Source: the human T2T-CHM13v2.0 reference genome, Homo sapiens
DNA: 64,000 nucleotides
Direction: 5' to 3' (one strand)
Assembly (NCBI RefSeq): GCF_009914755.1
Contig: NC_060948.1
Below, one piece after another: positions 28,598 to 42,923 of the stretch. Each line of letters begins with the position of its first letter. The stretch's first letter is position 1. The notes under the pieces are model-generated. The model had not been told where the DNA came from. It was given only the letters and a program-made list of their open reading frames with translations, and did not search any database. The position numbers and the translations under genes were made by a program.

Positions 28598-31500
28598 GAA
28601 TCGCCAGGAATTGATGTGAACGGAACGGAATGGAATGGAATCCAAAGGAATGGAATAGAATGGAATGGAATCGAATGGAAAGGACTCGAATGGAAATCAC
28701 TCGAATAGAATGCAATTTAATAAAATAGGATCAAATGTAATGGAATGGAATGGAAAGGAATCGAAACGAAAGGAATGGAGACAGATGGAATGGAATGGAA
28801 CAGAGAGCAATGGTATAGAATGGAATGGAATCATCTGGAATGGAATTGAATGGAATGGAATAATATGAAATGGAATGGAATGGAATGGAATGGAATGCCC
28901 TTGAATTAAATGGACTGGAATGGAATGGACTCAAACAGAGTGGAATGGAAAGTGTGGAGATAGAATGGAATGAACTCCTTTGGAATGGTGTAGTATGCAA
29001 TGCAATCGACTGGCAGGGAATCAAAAGGAATGTAATCGAATGGATTGGACTGGAATGCAATGGACTCGAATAGATTGGAAACGGAATGCAAAGGAATGGA
29101 ATGGAATAGTATGGAATGCAATGGAAGGGAATGGAGTGGAATAGACTAGAGTGGAATGGAATGGACTGGAAAGCAATGGACTGAAATGGAACTTTCTTGG
29201 ATGGACTGGAATCAAACGGAATGGAATGCAATGCAATCAAATGGCATGGAATAAAATAGAATGAAAGAGAATCAAATGGAATTGAATCGAATGGAATCGA
29301 ATGGATTGGAAATGAATAGAATGGAATGGAATGGAATTGACTCAAATGGAATGGACTAGAATGGAATGGATTCGAATGGAAGACAAAGGAATGGAATCTA
29401 TTGGAATGGACTGTAATGGAATGGAATGGAAGGGATTGGAATGGACTCGAATGGAATGGACTGCAATAGAAAGGATTCGAATGGAATGAAAAAGAATTGA
29501 ATGGAATAGAACAGAATGGAATCAAATCGAATGAAATGGAATGGAATAGAAAGGAATGGAATGAAATGGAATGGAAAGGATTCGAATGGAATGCAATCGA
29601 ATGGAATGGAATCGAACGGAATGGAAGAAAATGGAAGAAAACTGGCAAGAAATGGAATCGAAATGAATGGAGTGTTATGGAACGGACTCAAAAGGAATTG
29701 AATGTAATAGAATGGAGTGGAGTGGACTCGAATATAATGGACTGGAATGGAATGAAATCACATGGAATGGGAACGAATGGAATGGAATGGAAAGGAATGG
29801 AATCGAATGGAAAGGAATCGAATGGAAGGGAATGAAATTGAATCAACACGAATGGAAGGGAATAGAATAGACTGTAATGGAATGGACTCGAATAGAATGG
29901 ACACGAATGCTCAAATTAAATGGACTCGAATGGAATGGAAACGAAAGGAATGTCATCGAATGGAATTGAATCGATTGGAATGACATCGCATAGAATGGAG
30001 TGGAATCAAATGGAATTGAATCGAAAGGAAAGGAAGCGAATGGACTGAAATGAAATGGAATGGAATTGAATGGAAAGTAATGCAATGGAATAGAATGGAA
30101 CGAAATTTCACGGAATGGAATCAAACTGAATGGAATCAAATCAATGGAATCAAATCAAATGGAATGGAAAGGAATTGAATGGAGTAGATGGGATTGGATG
30201 GGATTGGAATGAAATGTACTGGAAAGGACTCGAATTTCATGAAACGGAATGGAATGAATTGGAACGGAATGGACTCGAATGGAATGGAATGTCATGGGAT
30301 GGCATCAAATGTAATGGCATCAAATGGAATGGAATCGAATGCAGTGGAATGCTATGGAATGGAATGGAATGCATTGGAATGGAATGTCCTCTAATGGAAT
30401 GGATTCGAGTGGAATGGAATTGAATATAATGGAGTCGAATGAAATGGAATTGAAAGGAATGGGATCGAATACAATGGAATATACTGGAATGTAACGTAAT
30501 GAACTCGAATGTAATTGACTGGAATGGAATGTACATGAATGGAATGTAATCGAATGGAAAGTAATCCAATGGAATAGAATCTAATGCAATAAAATCGACT
30601 CAGATAGAGTAGAATGTAATGGAATGGAGTGCAGTGCAATGGAATGGAATGGAATGGAATGCAATGGAATGGAATGGAATGGAATGGAATGGAATGGAAT
30701 GGAATGGAATGGGATGGAATGGTATGGAATGGATAGTAATGGACTGGAGTGAAATGGACTGGAAAGGAATGGACTCAAATTGAAAGGGCTCGAAAGGAAT
30801 GGAGTCAAATGGAATGGTCTGGAATGGAATGAACACGAATGTAATGCAACCCAATAGAATGGAATCGAATGGCATGGAATATAAAGAAATGGAATCGAAG
30901 AGAATGGAAACAAATGGAATGGAATTGAATGGAATGGAATTGAATGGAATGGGAACGAATGGAGTGAAATTGTATGCAGTAGAAGAGAATAGAATGGAAT
31001 GCAAGCGAAAGGAAAGGAATGGATTGGAATGGAATGGAATTCATTGGAATGGAAGGGAATGTAGTGTAATGGACAGGCCTGGAATAAAGTGGAATGCTAC
31101 GGTCTCGAATGGAATAAAAATGTATGGAATGGAATGCAATGAAACGGAATCGAATGTCATAGAATGTAATGGAATGCAAAAAAATGGAATCCAAAATCAT
31201 TGACTGGAAAGGCTGGGTGTCGAAAGGAATTGACTCCAATGGAATGGAATCGAATGGAATGGAAGTGAATAGAATCGAACTAAATCGAATGGAATGGAAT
31301 TGATAGGAACGGAATGGAAAGGAATGCAATGATTTGGCATGGAATGGAATCGAATGGCATCGAATGGAATGGAATGGAATGCAATGGAATGGAATGTATT
31401 AGAATGGAATGAACTTTAATGGAATGTACTCGAATGGATTCGACTGGAATGGAATGTTCTGGAAGTGAATGGACTCCAATGGAATGGATTCAAAAGGAAT

Positions 31501-32181
31501 GGAATCGTACGGAATGGAATCTAATGGAATGGAATTAAATGGAAATGAATCAAATTGAATAGCACGGAATTGAATTGAATGGAATGGAATGCAATGGAAT
31601 CTAATGAAACGGAAAGGAAAGGAATGGAATGGAATGGAATGGGCTGGAATGGAAAGGAATCGAAACGAATGGAATGGAATCGAACTGAAGAGACTGGAAT
31701 GGAATGCACTGGAATGGAAGGGAGTGTAATGGAAGGTTCTCGAAAAAAATGGAATCGAATGGAATGGAATTGAATGGAACGGAATAGAGTCGAATGGAAT
31801 TGAATGGAATGGAATGGACTAGAGTGAAATGGAATCGAACCACAAGGAATGGACAGGAATAGAATGGTCTCGAATTGAATGGAATCGTATGGAATGGCAT
31901 CAAACGGAATGGAATGGACAGCCACGGAATGGAATGCACTCGAATGCAATGGAGTCGAAACAAATGGACTGGAATAGAATGGACTCGACTGGTACGGACT
32001 CCAATGGAATGGAATCGAATGGAAGGGAATCGAACGGAAGGGAATCGAACGGAATGGACTCGAAGGGAAAAGACTGCAATGGAAAGGTCTCGAATGGAAT
32101 GGAAATTAATGGAATGGAATGGAATCGAATGAAATGGAGTCAAAAGGAATGGAATCGAATGGCAAGAAATCGAATGTAATG
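28598..32181 (+). repeat. DYZ1 unit 9 (3584 bp; C front, back resembling unit 12)
   Basis: C markers up to the central tract, then gtaatggact, tattagaatggaat, ggttctcg as in unit 12. Confidence 0.88.
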
Positions 32182-35100
32182 GAATCGCCAGGAATTGATG
32201 TGAACGGAACGGAATGGAATGGAATCCAAAGGAATGGAATAGAATGGAATGGAATCGAATGGAAAGGACTCGAATGGAAATCACTCGAATAGAATGCAAT
32301 TTAATAAAATAGGATCAAATGTAATGGAATGGAATGGAAAGGAATCGAAACGAAAGGAATGGAGACAGATGGAATGGAATGGAACAGAGAGCAATGGTAT
32401 AGAATGGAATGGAATCATCTGGAATGGAATTGAATGGAATGGAATAATATGAAATGGAATGGAATGGAATGGAATGGAATGCCCTTGAATTAAATGGACT
32501 GGAATGGAATGGACTCAAACAGAGTGGAATGGAAAGTGTGGAGATAGAATGGAATGAACTCCTTTGGAATGGTGTAGTATGCAATGCAATCGACTGGCAG
32601 GGAATCAAAAGGAATGTAATCGAATGGATTGGACTGGAATGCAATGGACTCGAATAGATTGGAAACGGAATGCAAAGGAATGGAATGGAATAGTATGGAA
32701 TGCAATGGAAGGGAATGGAGTGGAATAGACTAGAGTGGAATGGAATGGACTGGAAAGCAATGGACTGAAATGGAACTTTCCTGAATGGACTGGAATCAAA
32801 CGGAATGGAATGCAATGCAATCAAATGGCATGGAATAAAATAGAATGAAAGAGAATCAAATGGAATTGAATCGAATGGAATCGAATGGATTGGAAAGGAA
32901 TAGAATGGAATGGAATGGAATTGACTCAAATGGAATGGACTAGAATGGAATGGATTCGAATGGAAGGCAAAGGAATGGAATCTATTGGAATGGACTGTAA
33001 TGGAATGGAATGGAAGGGATTGGAATGGACTCGAATGGAATGGACTGCAATAGAAAGGATTCGAATGGAATGAAAAAGAATTGAATGGAATAGAACAGAA
33101 TGGAATCAAATCGAATGAAATGGAATGGAATAGAAAGGAATGGAATGAAATGGAATGGAAAGGATTCGAATGGAATGCAATCGAATGGAATGGAATCGAA
33201 CGGAATGGAATAAAATGGAAGAAAACTGGCAAGAAATGGAATCGAAATGAATGGAGTGTTATGGAACGGACTCAAAAGGAATTGAATGTAATAGAATGGA
33301 GTGGAGTGGACTCGAATATAATGGACTGGAATGGAATGAAATCACATGGAATGGGAACGAATGGAATGGAATGGAAAGGAATGGAATCGAATGGAAAGGA
33401 ATCGAATGGAAGGGAATGAAATTGAATCAACAGGAATGGAAGGGAATAGAATAGACGGTAATGGAATGGACTCGAATAGAATGGACACGAATGCTCAAAT
33501 TAAATGGACTCGAATGGAATGGAAACGAAAGGAATGTCATCGAATGGAATTGAATCGATTGGAATGAAATCGCATAGAATGGAGTGGAATCAAATGGAAT
33601 TGAATCGAAAGGAAAGGAAGCGAATGGACTGAAATGAAATGGAATGGAATTGAATGGAAAGTAATGCAATGGAATAGAATGGAACGAAATTTCACGGAAT
33701 GGAATCAAACTGAATGGAATCAAATCAATGGAATCAAATCAAATGGAATGGAAAGGAATTGAATGGAGTAGATGGGATTGGATGGGATTGGAATGAAATG
33801 TACTGGAAAGGACTCGAATTTCATGAAACGGAATGGAATGAATTGGAACGGAATGGACTCGAATGGAATGGAATGTCATGGGATGGCATCAAATGGAATG
33901 GCATCAAATGGAATGGAATCGAATGCAATGGAATGCTATGGAATGGAATGGAATGCATTGGAATGGAAAGTCCTCTAATGGAATGGATTCGAGTGGAATG
34001 GAATTGAATATAATGGAGTCGAATGAAATGGAATTGAAAGGAATGGGATCGAATACAATGGAATATACTGGAATGTAACGTAATGAACTCGAATGTAATT
34101 GACTGGAAAGGAATGTACATGAATGGAATGTAATCGAATGGAAAGTAATCCAATGGAATAGAATCTAATGCAATAAAATCGACTCAGATAGAGTAGAATG
34201 TAATGGAATGGAGTGCAGTGCAATGGAATGGAATGGAATGGAATGCAATGGAATGGAATGGAATGGAATGGAATGGAATGGAATGGAATGGGATGGAATG
34301 GTATGGAATGGATAGTAATGGACTGGAGTGAAATGGACTGGAAAGGAATGGACTCAAATTGAAAGGGCTCGAAAGGAATGGAGTCAAATGGAATGGTCTG
34401 GAATGGAATGAACACGAATGTAATGCAACCCAATAGAATGGAATCGAATGGCATGGAATATAAAGAAATGGAATCGAAGAGAATGGAAACAAATGGAATG
34501 GAATTGAATGGAATGGAATTGAATGGAATGGGAACGAATGGAGTGAAATTGTATGCAGTAGAAGAGAATAGAATGGAATGCAAGCGAAAGGAAAGGAATG
34601 GATTGGAATGGAATGGAATTCATTGGAATGGAAGGGAATGTAGTGTAATGGACAGGCCTGGAATAAAGTGGAATGCTACGGTCTCGAATGGAATAAAAAT
34701 GTATGGAATGGAATGCAATGAAACGGAATCGAATGTCATAGAATGTAATGGAATGCAAAAAAATGGAATCCAAAATCATTGACTGGAAAGGCTGGGTGTC
34801 GAAAGGAATTGACTCCAATGGAATGGAATCGAATGGAATGGAAGTGAATAGAATCGAACTAAATCGAATGGAATGGAATTGATAGGAACGGAATGGAAAG
34901 GAATGCAATGATTTGGCATGGAATGGAATCGAATGGCATCGAATGGAATGGAATGGAATGCAATGGAATGGAATGTATTAGAATGTAATGAACTTTAATG
35001 GAATGTACTCGAATGGATTCGACTGGAACGGAATGTTCTGGAAGTGAATGGACTCCAATGGAATGGATTCAAAAGGAATGGAATCGTACGGAATGGAATC

Positions 35101-35760
35101 TAATGGAATGGAATTAAATGGAAATGAATCAAATTGAATAGCACGGAATTGAATTGAATGGAATGGAATGCAATGGAATCTAATGAAACGGAAAGGAAAG
35201 GAATGGAATGGAATGGAATGGGCTGGAATGGAAAGGAATCGAAACGAATGGAATGGAATCGAACTGAAGAGACTGGAATGGAATGCACTGGAATGGAAGG
35301 GAGTGTAATGGAAGGTTCTCGAAAAAAATGGAATCGAATGGAATGGAATTGAATGGAACGGAATAGAGTCGAATGGAATTGAATGGAATGGAATGGACTA
35401 GAGTGAAATGGAATCGAACCACAAGGAATGGACAGGAATAGAATGGTCTCGAATTGAATGGAATCGTATGGAATGGCATCAAACGGAATGGAATGGACAG
35501 CCACGGAATGGAATGCACTCGAATGCAATGGAGTCGAAACAAATGGACTGGAATAGAATGGACTCGACTGGTACGGACTCCAATGGAATGGAATCGAATG
35601 GAAGGGAATCGAACGGAAGGGAATCGAACGGAATGGACTCGAAGGGAAAAGACTGCAATGGAAAGGTCTCGAATGGAATGGAAATTAATGGAATGGAATG
35701 GAATCGAATGAAATGGAGTCAAAAGGAATGGAATCGAATGGCAAGAAATCGAATGTAATG
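32182..35760 (+). repeat. DYZ1 unit 10 (3579 bp; subtype E)
   Basis: Same markers and ORF translations as unit 7. Confidence 0.9.
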
Positions 35761-38700
35761 GAATCGCCAGGAATTGATGTGAACGGAACGGAATGGAATG
35801 GAATCCAAAGGAATGGAATAGAATGGAATGGAATCGAATGGAAAGGACTCGAATGGAAATCACTCGAATAGAATGCAATTTAATAAAATAGGATCAAATG
35901 TAATGGAATGGAATGGAAAGGAATCGAAACGAAAGGAATGGAGACAGATGGAATGGAATGGAACAGAGAGCAATGGTATAGAATGGAATGGAATCATCTG
36001 GAATGGAATTGAATGGAATGGAATAATATGAAATGGAATGGAATGGAATGGAATGGAATGCCCTTGAATTAAATGGACTGGAATGGAATGGACTCAAACA
36101 GAGTGGAATGGAAAGTGTGGAGATAGAATGGAATGAACTCCTTTGGAATGGTGTAGTATGCAATGCAATCGACTGGCAGGGAATCAAAAGGAATGTAATC
36201 GAATGGATTGGACTGGAATGCAATGGACTCGAATAGATTGGAAACGGAATGCAAAGGAATGGAATGGAATAGTATGGAATGCAATGGAAGGGAATGGAGT
36301 GGAATAGACTAGAGTGGAATGGAATGGACTGGAAAGCAATGGACTGAAATGGAACTTTCTTGGATGGACTGGAATCAAACGGAATGGAATGCAATGCAAT
36401 CAAATGGCATGGAATAAAATAGAATGAAAGAGAATCAAATGGAATTGAATCGAATGGAATCGAATGGATTGGAAATGAATAGAATGGAATGGAATGGAAT
36501 TGACTCAAATGGAATGGACTAGAATGGAATGGATTCGAATGGAAGGCAAAGGAATGGAATCTATTGGAATGGACTGTAATGGAATGGAATGGAAGGGATT
36601 GGAATGGACTCGAATGGAATGGACTGCAATAGAAAGGATTCGAATGGAATGAAAAAGAATTGAATGGAATAGAACAGAATGGAATCAAATCGAATGAAAT
36701 GGAATGGAATAGAAAGGAATGGAATGAAATGGAATGGAAAGGATTCGAATGGAATGCAATCGAATGGAATGGAATCGAACGGAATGGAATAAAATGGAAG
36801 AAAACTGGCAAGAAATGGAATCGAAATGAATGGAGTGTTATGGAACGGACTCAAAAGGAATTGAATGTAATAGAATGGAGTGGAGTGGACTCGAATATAA
36901 TGGACTGGAATGGAATGAAATCACATGGAATGGGAACGAATGGAATGGAATGGAAAGGAATGGAATCGAATGGAAAGGAATCGAATGGAAGGGAATGAAA
37001 TTGAATCAACACGAATGGAAGGGAATAGAATAGACTGTAATGGAATGGACTCGAATAGAATGGACACGAATGCTCAAATTAAATGGACTCGAATGGAATG
37101 GAAACGAAAGGAATGTCATCGAATGGAATTGAATCGATTGGAATGACATCGCATAGAATGGAGTGGAATCAAATGGAATTGAATCGAAAGGAAAGGAAGC
37201 GAATGGACTGAAATGAAATGGAATGGAATTGAATGGAAAGTAATGCAATGGAATAGAATGGAACGAAATTTCACGGAATGGAATCAAACTGAATGGAATC
37301 AAATCAATGGAATCAAATCAAATGGAATGGAAAGGAATTGAATGGAGTAGATGGGATTGGATGGGATTGGAATGAAATGTACTGGAAAGGACTCGAATTT
37401 CATGAAACGGAATGGAATGAATTGGAACGGAATGGACTCGAATGGAATGGAATGTCATGGGATGGCATCAAATGTAATGGCATCAAATGGAATGGAATCG
37501 AATGCAGTGGAATGCTATGGAATGGAATGGAATGCATTGGAATGGAATGTCCTCTAATGGAATGGATTCGAGTGGAATGGAATTGAATATAATGGAGTCG
37601 AATGAAATGGAATTGAAAGGAATGGGATCGAATACAATGGAATATACTGGAATGTAACGTAATGAACTCGAATGTAATTGACTGGAATGGAATGTACATG
37701 AATGGAATGTAATCGAATGGAAAGTAATCCAATGGAATAGAATCTAATGCAATAAAATCGACTCAGATAGAGTAGAATGTAATGGAATGGAGTGCAGTGC
37801 AATGGAATGGAATGGAATGGAATGCAATGGAATGGAATGGAATGGAATGGAATGGAATGGAATGGAATGGGATGGAATGGTATGGAATGGATAGTAATAG
37901 ACTGGAGTGAAATGGACTGGAAAGGAATGGACTCAAATTGAAAGGGCTCGAAAGGAATGGAGTCAAATGGAATGGTCTGGAATGGAATGAACACGAATGT
38001 AATGCAACCCAATAGAATGGAATCGAATGGCATGGAATATAAAGAAATGGAATCGAAGAGTATGGAAACAAATGGAATGGAATTGAATGGAATGGAATTG
38101 AATGGAATGGGAACGAATGGAGTGAAATTGTATGCAGTAGAAGAGAATAGAATGGAATGCAAGCGAAAGGAAAGGAATGGATTGGAATGGAATGGAATTC
38201 ATTGGAATGGAAGGGAATGTAGTGTAATGGACAGGCCTGGAATAAAGTGGAATGCTACGGTCTCGAATGGAATAAAAATGTATGGAATGGAATGCAATGA
38301 AACGGAATCGAATGTCATAGAATGTAATGGAATGCAAAAAAATGGAATCCAAAATCATTGACTGGAAAGGCTGGGTGTTGAAAGGAATTGACTCCAATGG
38401 AATGGAATCGAATGGAATGGAAGTGAATAGAATCGAACTAAATCGAATGGAATGGAATTGATAGGAACGGAATGGAAAGGAATGCAATGATTTGGCATGG
38501 AATGGAATCGAATGGCATCGAATGGAATGGAATGGAATGCAATGGAATGGAATGTATTAGAATGTAATGAACTTTAATGGAATGTACTCGAATGGATTCG
38601 ACTGGAATGGAATGTTCTGGAAGTGAATGGACTCCAATGGAATGGATTCAAAAGGAATGGAATCGTACGGAATGGAATCTAATGGAATGGAATTAAATGG

Positions 38701-39339
38701 AAATGAATCAAATTGAATAGCACGGAATTGAATTGAATGGAATGGAATGCAATGGAATCTAATGAAACGGAAAGGAAAGGAATGGAATGGAATGGAATGG
38801 GCTGGAATGGAAAGGAATCGAAACGAATGGAATGGAATCGAACTGAAGAGACTGGAATGGAATGCACTGGAATGGAAGGGAGTGTAATGGAAGGTTGTCG
38901 AAAAAAATGGAATCGAATGGAATGGAATTGAATGGAACGGAATAGAGTCGAATGGAATTGAATGGAATGGAATGGACTAGAGTGAAATGGAATCGAACCA
39001 CAAGGAATGGACAGGAATAGAATGGTCTCGAATTGAATGGAATCGTATGGAATGGCATCAAACGGAATGGAATGGACAGCCACGGAATGGAATGCACTCG
39101 AATGCAATGGAGTCGAAACAAATGGACTGGAATAGAATGGACTCGACTGGTACGGACTCCAATGGAATGGAATCGAATGGAAGGGAATCGAACGGAAGGG
39201 AATCGAACGGAATGGACTCGAAGGGAAAAGACTGCAATGGAAAGGTCTCGAATGGAATGGAAATTAATGGAATGGAATGGAATCGAATGAAATGGAGTCA
39301 AAAGGAATGGAATCGAATGGCAAGAAATCGAATGTAATG
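35761..39339 (+). repeat. DYZ1 unit 11 (3579 bp; subtype C)
   Basis: C markers; 8-pentamer tract; private gaagagtat (38061) and gggtgttg (38371). Confidence 0.9.
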
Positions 39340-42300
39340 GAATCGCCAGGAATTGATGTGAACGGAACGGAATGGAATGGAATCCAAAGGAATGGAATAG
39401 AATGGAATGGAATCGAATGGAAAGGACTCGAATGGAAATCACTCGAATAGAATGCAATTTAATAAAATAGGATCAAATGTAATGGAATGGAATGGAAAGG
39501 AATCGAAACGAAAGGAATGGAGACAGATGGAATGGAATGGAACAGAGAGCAATGGTATAGAATGGAATGGAATCATCTGGAATGGAATTGAATGGAATGG
39601 AATAATATGAAATGGAATGGAATGGAATGGAATGGAATGCCCTTGAATTAAATGGACTGGAATGGAATGGACTCAAACAGAGTGGAATGGAAAGTGTGGA
39701 GATAGAATGGAATGAACTCCTTTGGAATGGTGTAGTATGCAATGCAATCGACTGGCAGGGAATCAAAAGGAATGTAATCGAATGGATTGGACTGGAATGC
39801 AATGGACTCGAATAGATTGGAAACGGAATGCAAAGGAATGGAATGGAATAGTATGGAATGCAATGGAAGGGAATGGAGTGGAATAGACTAGAGTGGAATG
39901 GAATGGACTGGAAAGCAATGGACTGGAATGGAACTTTCTTGGATGGACTGGAACCAAACGGAATGGAATGCAATGCAATCAAATGGCATGGAATAAAATA
40001 GAATGAAAGAGAATCAAATGGAATTGAATCGAATGGAATCGAATGGATTGGAAAGGAATAGAATGGAATGGAATGGAATTGACTCAAATGGAATGGACTA
40101 GAATGGAATGGATTCGAATGGAAGGCAAAGGAATGGAATCTATTGGAATGGACTGTAATGGAATGGAATGGAAGGGATTGGAATGGACTCGAATGGAATG
40201 TACTGCAATAGAAAGGATTCGAATGGAATGAAAAAGAATTGAATGGAATAGAACAGAATGGAATCAAATCGAATGAAATGGAATGGAATAGAAAGGAATG
40301 GAATGAAATGGAATGGAAAGGATTCGAATGGAATGCAATCGAATGGAATGGAATCGAACGGAATGGAATAAAATGGAAGAAAACTGGCAAGAAATGGAAT
40401 CGAAATGAATGGAGTGTTATGGAACGGACTCAAAAGGAATTGAATGTAATAGAATGGAGTGGAGTGGACTCGAATATAATGGACTGGAATGGAATGAAAT
40501 CACATGGAATGGGAACGAATGGAATGGAATGGAAAGGAATGGAATCGAATGGAAAGGAATCGAATGGAAGGGAATGAAATTGAATCAACAGGAATGGAAG
40601 GGAATAGAATAGACGGTAATGGAATGGACTCGAATAGAATGGACACGAATGCTCAAATTAAATGGACTCGAATGGAATGGAAACGAAAGGAATGTCATCG
40701 AATGGAATTGAATCGATTGGAATGAAATCGCATAGAATGGAGTGGAATCAAATGGAATTGAATCGAAAGGAAAGGAAGCGAATGGACTGAAATGAAATGG
40801 AATGGAATTGAATGGAAAGTAATGCAATGGAATAGAATGGAACGAAATTTCACGGAATGGAATCAAACTGAATGGAATCAAATCAATGGAATCAAATCAA
40901 ATGGAATGGAAAGGAATTGAATGGAGTAGATGGGATTGGATGGGATTGGAATGAAATGTACTGGAAAGGACTCGAATTTCATGAAACGGAATGGAATGAA
41001 TTGGAACGGAATGGACTCGAATGGAATGGAATGTCATGGGATTGCATCAAATGGAATGGCATCAAATGGAATGGAATCGAATGCAATGGAATGCTATGGA
41101 ATGGAATGGAATGCATTGGAATGGAATGTCCTCTAATGGAATGGATTCGAGTGGAATGGAATTGAATATAATGGAGTCGAATGAAATGGAATTGAAAGGA
41201 ATGGGATCGAATACAATGGAATATACTGGAATGTAACGTAATGAACTCGAATGTAATTGACTGGAATGGAATGTACATGAATGGAATGTAATCGAATGGA
41301 AAGTAATCCAATGGAATAGAATCTAATGCAATAAAATCGACTCAGATAGAGTAGAATGTAATGGAATGGAGTGCAGTGCAATGGAATGGAATGGAATGGA
41401 ATGCAATGGAATGGAATGGAATGGAATGCAATGGAATGGAATGTAATGGAATGGGATGGAATGGTATGGAATGGATAGTAATGGACTGGAGTGAAATGGA
41501 CTGGAAAGGAATGGACTCAAATTGAAAGGGCTCGAAAGGAATGGAGTCAAATGGAATGGTCTGGAATGGAATGAACACGAATGTAATGCAACCGAATAGA
41601 ATGGAATCGAATGGCATGGAATATAAAGAAATGGAATCGAAGAGAATGGAAACAAATGGAATGGAATTGAATGGAATGGAATTGAATGGAATGGGAACGA
41701 ATGGAGTGAAATTGTATGCAGTAGAAGAGAATAGAATGGAATGCAAGCGAAAGGAAAGGAATGGATTGGAATGGAATGGAATTCATTGGAATGGAAGGGA
41801 ATGTAGTGTAATGGACAGGCCTGGAATAAAGTGGAATGCTACGGTCTCGAATGGAATAAAAATGTATGGAATGGAATGCAATGAAACGGAATCGAATGTC
41901 ATAGAATGTAATGGAATGCAAAAAAATGGAATCCAAAATCATTGACTGGAAAGGCTGGGTGTCGAAAGGAATTGACTCCAATGGAATGGAATCGAATGGA
42001 ATGGAAGTGAATAGAATCGAACTAAATCGAATGGAATGGAATTGATAGGAACGGAATGGAAAGGAATGCAATGATTTGGCATGGAATGGAATCGAATGGC
42101 ATCGAATGGAATGGAATGGAATGCAATGGAATGGAATGTATTAGAATGGAATGAACTTTAATGGAATGTACTCGAATGGATTCGACTGGAATGGAATGTT
42201 CTGGAAGTGAATGGACTCCAATGGAATGGATTCAAAAGGAATGGAATCGTACGGAATGGAATCTAATGGAATGGAATTAAATGGAAATGAATCAAATTGA

Positions 42301-42923
42301 ATAGCACGGAATTGAATTGAATGGAATGGAATGCAATGGAATCTAATGAAACGGAAAGGAAAGGAATGGAATGGAATGGAATGGGCTGGAATGGAAAGGA
42401 ATCGAAACGAATGGAATGGAATCGAACTGAAGAGACTGGAATGGAATGCACTGGAATGGAAGGGAGTGTAATGGAAGGTTCTCGAAAAAAATGGAATCGA
42501 ATGGAATGGAATTGAATGGAACGGAATAGAGTCGAATGGAATTGAATGGAATGGAATGGACTAGAGTGAAATGGAATCGAACCACAAGGAATGGACAGGA
42601 ATAGAATGGTCTCGAATTGAATGGAATCGTATGGAATGGCATCAAACGGAATGGAATGGACAGCCACGGAATGGAATGCACTCGAATGCAATGGAGTCGA
42701 AACAAATGGACTGGAATAGAATGGACTCGACTGGTACGGACTCCAATGGAATGGAATCGAATGGAAGGGAATCGAACGGAAGGGAATCGAACGGAATGGA
42801 CTCGAAGGGAAAAGACTGCAATGGAAAGGTCTCGAATGGAATGGAAATTAATGGAATGGAATGGAATCGAATGAAATGGAGTCAAAAGGAATGGAATCGA
42901 ATGGCAAGAAATCGAATGTAATG
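39340..42923 (+). repeat. DYZ1 unit 12 (3584 bp; subtype L)
   Basis: ggaaccaaac, gggattgcat; tract interrupted by gcaat and gtaat. Confidence 0.9.
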
